Assembly (NCBI GenBank): GCA_964016885.1 | Contig: OZ024760.1 | Coordinates: forward strand, 15,252,001 to 15,316,000 | Length of the DNA stretch: 64,000 nt | Source: Eledone cirrhosa | Taxonomy: Eukaryota | Direction of reading: 5' to 3' | Part shown: positions 54,206 to 64,000 of the stretch, piece after piece | How positions within the stretch are numbered: the stretch's first letter is position 1 | Layout: every line of letters starts with the position of its first letter | Made by a program: the position numbers and the translations under genes | The notes under the pieces: generated by a model | Told to the model about the DNA's origin: nothing | What the model saw: the letters and a program-made list of their open reading frames with translations, nothing else | Database searches by the model: none

Positions 54206-55900
54206 CTCTGTTTCTTTTAATATCACATGTCATCTTCCTACCCTTAACCTGTCCTCCACTCCATTTCAAGTGCAACTATCTTCCTGCTCTCAAAGTGTCC
54301 CTCACTCCATTTCCAGTGAAACTCCCTCACTACTCTCAAACTGTCCCTCATTCCATTTTGAGTGAAACATCCTCACTCATTTTGAGTGAAACTTCTCGTA
54401 CCCTCAAACTGTCCCTCTCTCCTTTACTCCATTTCAAGTGAAACTCTCCCTCTGCCCTCAAACTGAGCTTCACTCAATTTTGAGTGCAATTACCTCCTTA
54501 CATTCAACCTCTTCCTTACTCAATTTTGAGTGAAACTGTCTCCCTATCCTCAAACTGACCCTCACTTCATTTTGAGTGAAACTAACTCTCTCCAGCTCAA
54601 TCTGTCCCCTCTTTCACTTCTCTCTCTCTCCTCCTCTTTCTCCCCCCCTCCTCCTTCTTCCCCCGCCTCCTCCTCACAGGTGCCCTTTTAAGTTCACAAT
54701 ATATATAAAATCAATATTAGTTTATATCATTTGACATTTTGTGTTTCCATGACAACAATGATAATAATGACTATCAGATGATGATGATGATAGTGAGATG
54801 AGATGCTAATGATGGTGATGCTTGTGGTGATGATGATGATGATGATGGTTGTAAGGTGATGGTAATGACAGGGATGTGGTGACAATAGTGTTATGGATGG
54901 TGGTGGTGGTGGTAGTGATGGTAATGATAATAGTGATGATGATGGCTATAGTAGTAGTGGTGATGATGATGATGATGACAGTGATGAATTCCTTGACTTA
55001 ACCCTTTTACCACCAAAACCACCTGAAACTGCCCCTTTGATTTAAAGCATTTATATTTATCTAGAAACCTTCCATTATAATTTTATGGAAGAAATTTCAT
55101 TAAGTTATGCTCCAAACTCCAGATAAATAATGAGAAAATTATATTATTAAATCTCTCCAAATTCTCAATTACTATCAAAATTCTTTTACAACCATAGGCA
55201 GTATCTTTCATTAAAAACTATGGTAACAAAAGGCTTAACCCTTTAGCATTCAAACCAGCCATATCCAGCCAGAACACTCTCACTTCTTTCTGTTCAAACC
55301 GGCTGTAACTGGCTGCTCACACCTACATTAAGGTATTGTTCTCAAAATAAATAACATCAAAATCTCATAGATTCGATTTTATGTGAGGTAAAGCCTTTAC
55401 TGTGAAAATACAATAGTAAATATAGAGTAATGTAAATGCTAAAGGGTTAGTGTTAATATTTATCTAAAAACTTTCCATCCTAATTTCAAATAAAAACCTT
55501 TTTTAACCCAGCATTTACATTACTCTTTATTTACTATTGTATTTTGTGATAAAGGTTTTACCTTACATAATTATCTCACATAATATTGAATCTATGAAAT
55601 TTTGATGTTATTTATTTTAAGAATAACACCTTAACAGCAGTGTTAGCAGCCAATTATGGCCGGTTTGAACAGAAAGAGGTGAGAGGATTCTTGTCAGATA
55701 CAGCTGGTTTAAATGCTAAAATGTTAAGTTATGTTCCAAAGCAACTTAATAATGAGAAAGCTAATTATATTACTAAATCTTTCAAAATTCTTGTTTATTT
55801 TCAAAATGATTTCAAAAATTATTGGCAGTGTCTTTTATCAGAAATATGATAACAAAAAAGCTAACAACAGCACTATCCCGCCTTATGTTTTTCTCTTCAG

Positions 55901-56085
55901 GTGGCTGCACAAGAAACTCAATGAGGTCACTTCACAGTCCCAATGTCGGTACTACCTACAAACACTGCGGGAGAAACTATGGCCTAATTCCAAAGCTGAC
56001 AACACGACGGCGCCTGAGAAAACCTCTGCCGAAATTGAAGCAACCAAAGAAATGGCCAAACAATACATTTTTGATTTGTTTCCAT
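55901..56085 (+). CDS. SNX19: SNX19-like exon (Nexin_C)
   Basis: TTCTCTTCAG acceptor; WLHKKLNEVTSQSQCRYYLQTLREKLWP...EATKEMAKQYIFDLFP; T|GTAAGT donor. Contains the typical YL..LRE.LWP Nexin_C motif. Confidence 0.9.
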
Positions 56086-56129
56086 GTAAGTTGGATTTTT
56101 GTTGTTGTCAACACACACAGTTTGGTAAT

Positions 56130-56285
56130 TCAGTCTGGTAACACAGTCTGGTAGCCCAGTCTGGTAACACAGTCTGGTAGCCCAGTCTGGTAGCCCAGTC
56201 TGCTAACCCAGTCTGGTAACACAGTCTGGTAGCCCAGTCTGGTAGCCCAGTCTGCTAACACAGTCTGGTAACAGAGTCTAGTAGC
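56130..56285. repeat. 13-bp tandem repeat (CAGTCTGGTAACA/GCC)
   Basis: Direct observation. Confidence 0.9.
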
Positions 56286-57645
56286 TCATAAGGGAATGAA
56301 TCAAGCTAGTATTTAAAAGACTTGATTCTGTAGCCATATATTAAAATATATACATATATATATATATATATGTAAAGTAGTAATGTTGGCAATACGACAG
56401 AGAGTGCTCAACCCATACTGTAAAGTGGTCGTGCAGGTGTCATGGCAATAAACACCCAGCACACACTGTAAATGTGGTTGCCGTTAGGAAGGGCATCCAG
56501 CTGTAGAAACCTATCCAAAATCAGTTCTGTGTGTGAAAAGCAAGGTCCTCTGACCTGATACCTCACAAAGGGACTGCCCGTTCTACCCATGGAAAATGGA
56601 CGTTAAACGATGATGATGATGATAGCGGATTGTGTAGTTTTTCCATGGTATGTGTGGTTCAGATCAATGTAAGAAGACTAAGCTATGGGGAGTTGAAAGG
56701 GGGAAGCTAGAAGGTAGTAAAATATAATAAACGAGATGAAACTTGTTTAAGAACAGTATACACTCTGTTCGTTTAGGGGAAGGTAGAGATATAGAAAGAT
56801 GTGTGAGATGTAAAGTTAGTGTTAGTGTTAGTATTATAGTAATTGTTGCTTGAGATACACCAACACAATATAAAATACATATATATATATTGGAAAATGT
56901 GTGAGATCCTTGGTACTGTTAGGTATATTTGAAAAAAGGAAAAGAATGACTTCATTTGTAGTTCTAAACAAATTGATTTAATTTTATAATATTATGAGTT
57001 GGTAGATCTAGTAAGTTCTTTGTTAACTTCGGTGGGAAGATTTTTAAAGATTCCTGGTTAACTTTCCTGGAGAGCTTTCTAGCGTTTGTCGATGGCGAAC
57101 ATATATAATTATTATACATAAGTGAGGGAATGCATTTACCCAAAAAGAAGAACTGGTTTACATGCTTCCCGAAATTCTCCAAAACTACACCTGATGTCCC
57201 CCTTCCATACACATGCACGCATGTGTATATCATGACTCATGCTCTGTTCATTTTCCTGACGTTTGTACATTACCCTATGTTCTATACATACACTTTTGAT
57301 GAGTTGTAGTGCACCTGAGCACTGTACACAATATTTTCATTATTATTATTATATGTTTTGTCTTTTTTCTTTTCTTATATAAATAATAAAAATATTTACA
57401 CGCACAAAACCCACATCGTACCGTCCTGTACTGTCCTGTTCCGTCTGTGATGTTTTTCTTGATGTCAGCCCTTGTGGCCAATAAAGAAATCATTATTATT
57501 ATTATTATTATTATTATCGGATGCAAACGAAGTCACAGGTTTTATATCAGAGTGAACTTCTAGAGAGATGTCTTGATGAAGACTAGGGGTCTCTTGATCC
57601 ACAAAAAAAACCCATATATATATATATATCATCATCACCATCATC

Positions 57646-57700
<55 letters not shown>

Positions 57701-57856
57701 AAAAAGTATGACCCCAACGGCAGAGCTCAAGCCATTTCGACGGCTATTTCTGGACTAAATTAGAATTTTTAGCCTGGCTATTCCCACTCTACTACCCAAA
57801 GTATTGAGTACTCTGGTGCGTTATGGTCCATTTGGTTCCTTACCACAATTCCTTTG

Positions 57857-57931
<75 letters not shown>

Positions 57932-57965
57932 CACACATACATACAAAGTTATATCTCTTTTGCAG

Positions 57966-58053
57966 GTCTTCTTGTGTTGTGTATAGGGGAAGACAATTTA
58001 CAACATGCCATCTCACAACTCATCACAACTATCCAATATCAGAAGCTCAACAG
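57966..58053 (+). CDS. SNX19: SNX19-like exon (Nexin_C)
   Basis: TTTTGCAG acceptor; CLLVLCIGEDNLQHAISQLITTIQYQKLNR; AG|GTTTGA donor; phases 1/2 consistent with neighbours. Confidence 0.85.
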
Positions 58054-58849
58054 GTTTGAATAATTATTATTAATTGGATTGGACGTAATCGATAGAGTGT
58101 CGGACACCATGTTTTGCGACATAGAGTTACGACCCTTTATGTTCTGAGTTCAAATCCCACCGAGGTCAGCTTTACCTTTCATCCATTCAAGGTCGATAAA
58201 ATAATGTACCAGTCATGTATTGGGGTTGATTTAATCATTTTCCCCTCCCCTTCAAATTGCTGGCCTTGTGTGTTAGATGTAGAAACAATTATATTTTGTT
58301 TTATTAACCCTTTAGCATTTAAACCGGCCATACCTGGCCAGAATTCTCTCACCTCTTTCTGTACAAACCAGCCATAACCAGCTGCTCATATTTATGTTAA
58401 GGTATTGTTCTCAAGTAAATAATATCAAAATCTCGTAGATTCAATATTATATGAGATAATTATGTGAAATAAAGCCTTTACCATGAAAATACAATGGTAT
58501 ATATAGAGAGTAATGTAAATGTTATGTGAGAATTATGTGAGGTAAAGTCTTTACCATGAAAATACAATGGTATATATAGAGAGTAATGTAAATGCTAAAG
58601 GGTTAACTCACAAACCATTGGTGAACCCAAGGCTGTGGTAAAGGACCCTTGCCCCAAGATTCAATGTTGTGAGATCAAACCTGGGACCTAATGATTGTGA
58701 ACTCCTTAATCATTCAGCCTCGGTCACACTTTCAGTAATGTAAATGCTAAAGGGTTATTGGGTCATCAAGTGTGAAATTTGTAGAGAAAAAACAAATTTC
58801 TACAAATTTCATACTTGGCGACTCAACAAAATTTCTTTTTTTCTTGTAG

Positions 58850-59027
58850 GCATTTTCTTTTCTGTCTGTTGGACATGATATTCTTGCAGCTGTTTCCTGA
58901 AGTAAACTCCGAGGATTTCCACCAAATGTATGAAACAACAACAACAACAACAGCAAGCAACAGCAGCATAAATGTTGGCAACTCTTTCTCCTCTAACGAT
59001 TTCACATCTTCTTCTTTGAACAGTTGA
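58850..59027 (+). CDS. SNX19: SNX19-like terminal coding exon
   Basis: TTCTTGTAG acceptor; (NR)HFLFCLLDMIFLQLFPEV...SSLNS*. NRH...LLD.....LFPE is the conserved end of Nexin_C. Confidence 0.9.
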
Positions 59028-59313
59028 TGACAACAACAACAACAACAACTACAGCTACTACTACAAATATAATTTATAACACATTCACTTACAGACACAC
59101 ACACACGCACACACACGCACATATATATAGAATATATGCATATGCAGATGTGTAATATGTATGTATGTATGTATGTATGTGTGTGTATATATATATATGT
59201 ATATATGTATAAATATATATGTATGTATGCATAAATATATATATATATAAAAATGTTTGTCTATATATATATATATATGTATATGATGTATGATGTGTGT
59301 GTGTGCATATATG

Positions 59314-59392
<79 letters not shown>

Positions 59393-59559
59393 CTCCTCAT
59401 CTACATTTCATCTGGCAAGAGTGACAAGAAAAGAAGGAGTACAATGATGATGATGATGATGATAATAATAACAATAATAATAAGAAGAAGAATAAAAACA
59501 AGAAGAAGAAGAAGCAGAGACAAAATCTATTCCATCATTTCATTATTTCATCATACAAA

Positions 59560-59755
59560 GGGCGGTGGATTGGCAGTATCGGCAGAGCATCGGACGCAAT
59601 GCTTTGACGCAAAGAGTTACGGCCCTTTATGGTCTGAGTTCAAATCCCGCCGAGGTTAACTTTGCCTTTCATCCATACAGAGGTCGATGAAATAAAGTAC
59701 CAGTAATGCACTGGGATAATTGCTGGCCTTGTGCCAAAAGTAGAAATAATTATTT
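59560..59755 (+). mobile_element. tRNA-derived SINE family 1 (representative; ~25 copies in window)
   Basis: Box A-like TGGCAGTATCGG, box B GAGTTCAAATCCC, central GCCTTTCATCC..GGTCGATAAAATAAAGTACCAG (resembles the Meta-SINE core), (TTA)n tail. Copies e.g. 1-125, 995-1375, 4930-5100(-), 15160-15350, 18425-18795, 24645-24832(-), 30960-31150, 38360-38995, 39950-40590, 48135-48525(-), 52880-53440, 58080-58290, 61825-61980. Confidence 0.85.
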
Positions 59756-60759
59756 CATCATACAAAGACTAAAAACATACACACAAAAAAACAATTTAAA
59801 AAAAAATTAGGAGTTTTCTTCCCCCTGAAGACTTGAAGTATATAAAGATATTTAAGAATATACCAAAATGTTTAAAATACCAAAATATTGCTTTATTATT
59901 TGTTTTTCTTTCGTTTAAAGAAGGAAAAAAAAATGATTGAAATTATGAAAATGATACTTTTCAATGCAACTGGAACCAACACTACCAAAAAACTTAACAC
60001 TGCATATACCCAAGGCACATGCAGCGGTGCTCGGTAGAAATACAGTGAGAGAACATAATGGAAATATAAGTAATGACAATTGTAATGATTATGATGATAG
60101 TACTTTCAATGCAATAGAAACAACACCAAAAACATAATGCTGCACATACCCAAGGCACATAGAGCTGTGCTCAGTAGTCGTGCAGTGATAACATGCAATA
60201 AAAAATAAGTTTAATTATAATAATATTGATAAAAGTAATATTAATAATCAGAAAAAGAATGTATGGATGAAAAATAACAACAACAAACAGTAAGAAATAT
60301 TTCTTATGAATCAAATAGATTTGAAGCTTTTATTTAACCCTTTACCATTTACATTACTCTATATATATACTATTATATTTTCATGATAAAGGCTTTATGT
60401 CACATAATTACCTCACATAATATCAAATCTATGAGATTTTGATGATATTTATTTTGAGAACAATACCTTAACATCAGTATGAGTGGCCAGTTATGGCCGG
60501 TTTGAACAGAAAGAGGTGAGAGAATTCTGGCCGGATATGGCCAGTTTAAATGCTAAAGGGTTAAATATACAATGCAATAGCTACATTGAAATAGGAAGTC
60601 TTTGGACCCTAATTCTAACACCAACAGTACAGTACAGTACATAACCTTATTTTAATTTAACAATGTATTAAATAATACTAATTTCTACTATATTACATAA
60701 TAATAAGAGAAAAAGGAAGCAGAAGAAAGAAAAAAAAACAATCAATGATAATAATAATA

Positions 60760-61240
60760 ATGAAAATTATTGTGTACAATGCTCAGGAGCACTACAACTC
60801 ATCAAAGGTGTATGTATAATACATAGAATAATGTACAAGTGTCATGAAAGTGAACAGTGTATGAGTCATGATATACACACAGATACATTTGTGTGTGTAT
60901 GGAGGGGGAATATCAGGTGTAGTGTCGGCGAATTTCTGGAAACATGGAAGTTTTGAATGATGCAGTGTCCCTACAGCTAACAACTGATGCAGGTAGTTTG
61001 TTTCATGCTTCGGCAACTCTGAACGTGAAAAAATATTTCCGAAAGTTATGGGAGAAATAACGGTGATGGTGACTTTCTTAGATGTGAGTAATCTTGTCAG
61101 TAAACGGCTGTATGGTAGAATTACCTTCAACAAACAACTCTTGTTCCTCCGAATGAGTTTACAGTTCTAAATCTTTGGATATTATACCTCTGAGATCTGT
61201 GTGTATCCCACTTGTCTGAATACATACTACATCAACATAC
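60760..61240 (-). mobile_element. CR1-like LINE 3' end
   Basis: Minus strand NFRKYFFTFRVAEA.NKLPASVVSCRDTASFKTS. The same 3' UTR recurs at 1690-1865, 25020-25100, 48550-48740, 57165-57345 and 62153-62432. Confidence 0.75.
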
Positions 61241-61377
61241 AGAGCAGTACAATACATTACATTACAGTACAATACAATACATTACAGTACAATACAATAC
61301 ATTACAGTAGAGTTGAAGATAGAAGCACTCTTAATCAGCTGAAGCAGCCAACTAGGGGTCTTTGAGCTAGGTTTTAG

Positions 61378-61633
61378 CCTGCAGTTTTTGTAGTGATCCC
61401 CAAACCAGGGCTCATTGAGCTAAGATCAAACTGCAGTTTTAGTAGTGGTTCCCAACCACGGCTCAGTGAGCTAAGATTAAACTGCAGTTTTAGTAGTGGT
61501 TCCCAACCAGGGCTCACTGAGCTAAGATCAAACTGCAGTAGCGGTTCCCAACCAGGGCTCACTGACCTAAGATCAAACTGCAGTTTTAGTAGTGGTTCCC
61601 AACCAGGGCCCAGTGAGCTAAGATCAGACTGCA
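61378..61633. repeat. 51-bp tandem repeat
   Basis: CTGCAGTTTTAGTAGTGGTTCCCAACCAGGGCTCACTGAGCTAAGATCAAA x5, one unit shortened. Confidence 0.9.
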
Positions 61634-61676
<43 letters not shown>

Positions 61677-63007
61677 GAATGTTGAACAATGAAAAAATAA
61701 AATGCGTAATCGATGGTTTCAGAGGGCAAAATAATTTATCAATAGCAGTTATGCAACTAGATAAATCTTTTGCCCTTTGAAACCATTGTAAAACAATGAA
61801 GTAGTTAACTGCTATTATTATCACACTGGTATCGCTGTAGAATCGGTAGAGTGTCGGACAACACACCCTTTACGTTCTGAGGTTAACTTTGCCTTTCATC
61901 CTTACGGGGTAGATAAAATAAAGTACCAGTAATGTACTGGCGTAGTAGCTGGTCTTGTGCCAAAAGTAGAAACAATTATTATCACTGTATATCTAGAAGG
62001 GGAGTAATTGTAGCAGCTATATGTAGGAATATTCAGTTAACCCTTTCAATATTGTGTTTCTAATAAAATACACTTTATTTTAATTAATTAATGAAGAATT
62101 TTGAGGCGTTTACTAATTATTTCATTACTAAGATAGTAACTTAATAATAATAATGAAATATTGTGTACAGTGCTCAGGTGCACTACAACTCATCAAAAAG
62201 TGTATGTACAGTACATAGGGTAATGTACAAACGTCAGGAAAATGAACAGTGCATGAGTCATGATATACACATGTGTGCATGTGAATGGAAGGGGTACATC
62301 AGGTGTAGTTTTGGCGAATTACGGGAAGCATGAGGGTTTTAAAGGATGCAGTGTCTCGGCAGCTAACAACTGACGCAAGCAGTTTGTTCCATGCTTCAGC
62401 AACTCTGAGCATGAAAAAATGTTTCCGAAAGTTTTTAATGTAAGGTTCTTATATAAAATTATGTTGATTTAAATGGGAAACCTTTAAAATGGGTAGTTTT
62501 ATTTCATAGAACCAGAGCTGGGTTTAGCCAGGCTGGTAACTAAAGGGTTAAATAAAAGGAATCCTCAGTGATGAAAAGTTAGGAAACCACCAGAACTATA
62601 CTTAAGCTTGCTATGGCGAACATTGACAGGGGAGATAAACGTTGAAATACATTGTTAATCCAGACATCTTACATTTGTGTAATGGTGGCAGCCATTATAG
62701 AACTGTGGTTTTTTCCAGTATATATTGAAGAAAATGGATGTAAAATGACTACAGCAGCTGTTTGAAATTCTTCAAATATTCTACACCTATTCTAATCTAT
62801 TCTTTGGTGATCAAAATGGAAGAAGTATGTAATATAATTGTATCCAGATATGCTGGAGTGGGAGAGAATTAGCTGGAAAGGAAGGTGTATAGACATCAAT
62901 GCAAACTGGGTTTTTTTTCCTCTATAGGTATTTTATTTTTTAAATTTGAAAAGAAGCTCTTGTGTTAATACGTTGAACTGATTTACAACACATGTACACA
63001 CACACAC

Positions 63008-63067
<60 letters not shown>

Positions 63068-63335
63068 TAGAATAACAGATTAAAATTTAAGAAAAGAATC
63101 GCTGCTTTCACCCTTAACGGGATCTTCTGAAATGTATGTGTATGTGTGTGTATACACATGTATATATGTGTATATACATATATATATATTTGTGTGTGTA
63201 TATGTATATACATATGTGTGTGTATATGTATATATATATATATAGTGTGTATGCACACACAGGCATGTTCACGCACCAGGTGCACATTGGGACCAATAAT
63301 TGCACAAAATAACACAGCATGAACAAACATCTGCA

Positions 63336-63395
<60 letters not shown>

Positions 63396-63526
63396 GAGGT
63401 TATATTTAATTTGTTGGGATTCAACAAGCTTAAACAATTTTATAACTGATATAAAGCACTCAACAGTGTAGTGGTGTAAATACACAATATATTAATAAAT
63501 GGAAACTATATTTATAAAACCATATT

Positions 63527-63592
63527 TATTTTATTATACATATTTCAAGGGCCACCAAGACAAATTATGGTGCGCTTTCATCAGATAAAATA
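63527..63592 (-). ncRNA. Minimal hammerhead
   Basis: Minus strand UAUUUUAU-CUGAUGA-AAGCGCACCA...UGGUGGCCCUU-GAAA-UAUGUA-UA-AUAAAAUA. Confidence 0.72.
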
Positions 63593-63688
63593 CAGATTTG
63601 TTTTATAAATAAATATTGACATAACCAGAAAAAAAGACAACCTTAACGGTTGGAGCTTCCTGCTCCAACCATTCAGGTTGTCTAAACG

Positions 63689-63719
<31 letters not shown>

Positions 63720-63730
63720 AAACAAATCTG

Positions 63731-63796
63731 TATTTTATCTGATGAAAGCGCACCATAATTTGCCTTGGTGGTCCTTGAAAAATGTATAATAAAATA
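63731..63796 (+). ncRNA. Minimal hammerhead, inverted partner of 63527-63592
   Basis: Same motif on the + strand, in the right arm of the inverted repeat 63488-63604/63719-63838. Confidence 0.68.
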
Positions 63797-63838
63797 AATA
63801 TGGTTTTATAAATATAGTTTCCATTTATTAATATATTG

Positions 63839-63869
<31 letters not shown>

Positions 63870-64000
63870 GCACATATATATATATATACACACACACATA
63901 TATATATATACACACACACACACATATAATTATATATAGACAAACACATGCACATACATATACATAAATATATATAGACACACATGCACATACATATACA

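Noticed and set aside
53595-54441. His/Cys-rich repeat ORFs resembling metal-binding proteins
   Set aside because: Intronic CACATTGC satellite, open in all three frames.
59820-59850. CTGAAGA hammerhead-like core
   Set aside because: No downstream GAAA, stem III or stem I partner.

Overview
AT-rich animal genomic DNA saturated with microsatellites and TEs. The (TA)n/(TG)n content and SINE repertoire suggest an octopod cephalopod (inference). The one clear host gene is on the + strand: the 3' nine coding exons (31539-59027) of a sorting nexin-19-like gene (PX domain + Nexin_C), with consistent splice phases. Its N-terminal TM/PXA exon(s) are not recognisable in the window. Intergenic and intronic DNA contains a 5'-truncated Penelope-like retroelement (RT + GIY-YIG, 19628-23116) flanked by ~504-bp inverted repeats. 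Each repeat carries a complete type I hammerhead ribozyme with a non-canonical U3-A8 core (UUGAGAA). About a dozen further minimal or degenerate hammerheads from several short PLE-terminus families sit mostly next to (TA)n tracts, often as inverted pairs. Also present: a shared PLE 3'-tail motif, an intronless kynurenine aminotransferase fragment antisense in an intron, two tRNA-derived SINE families, TTAA piggyBac-type MITEs, mariner remnants, RTE and CR1 LINE 3' ends, and many satellites. Almost all ORFs in the supplied track are microsatellite artefacts.
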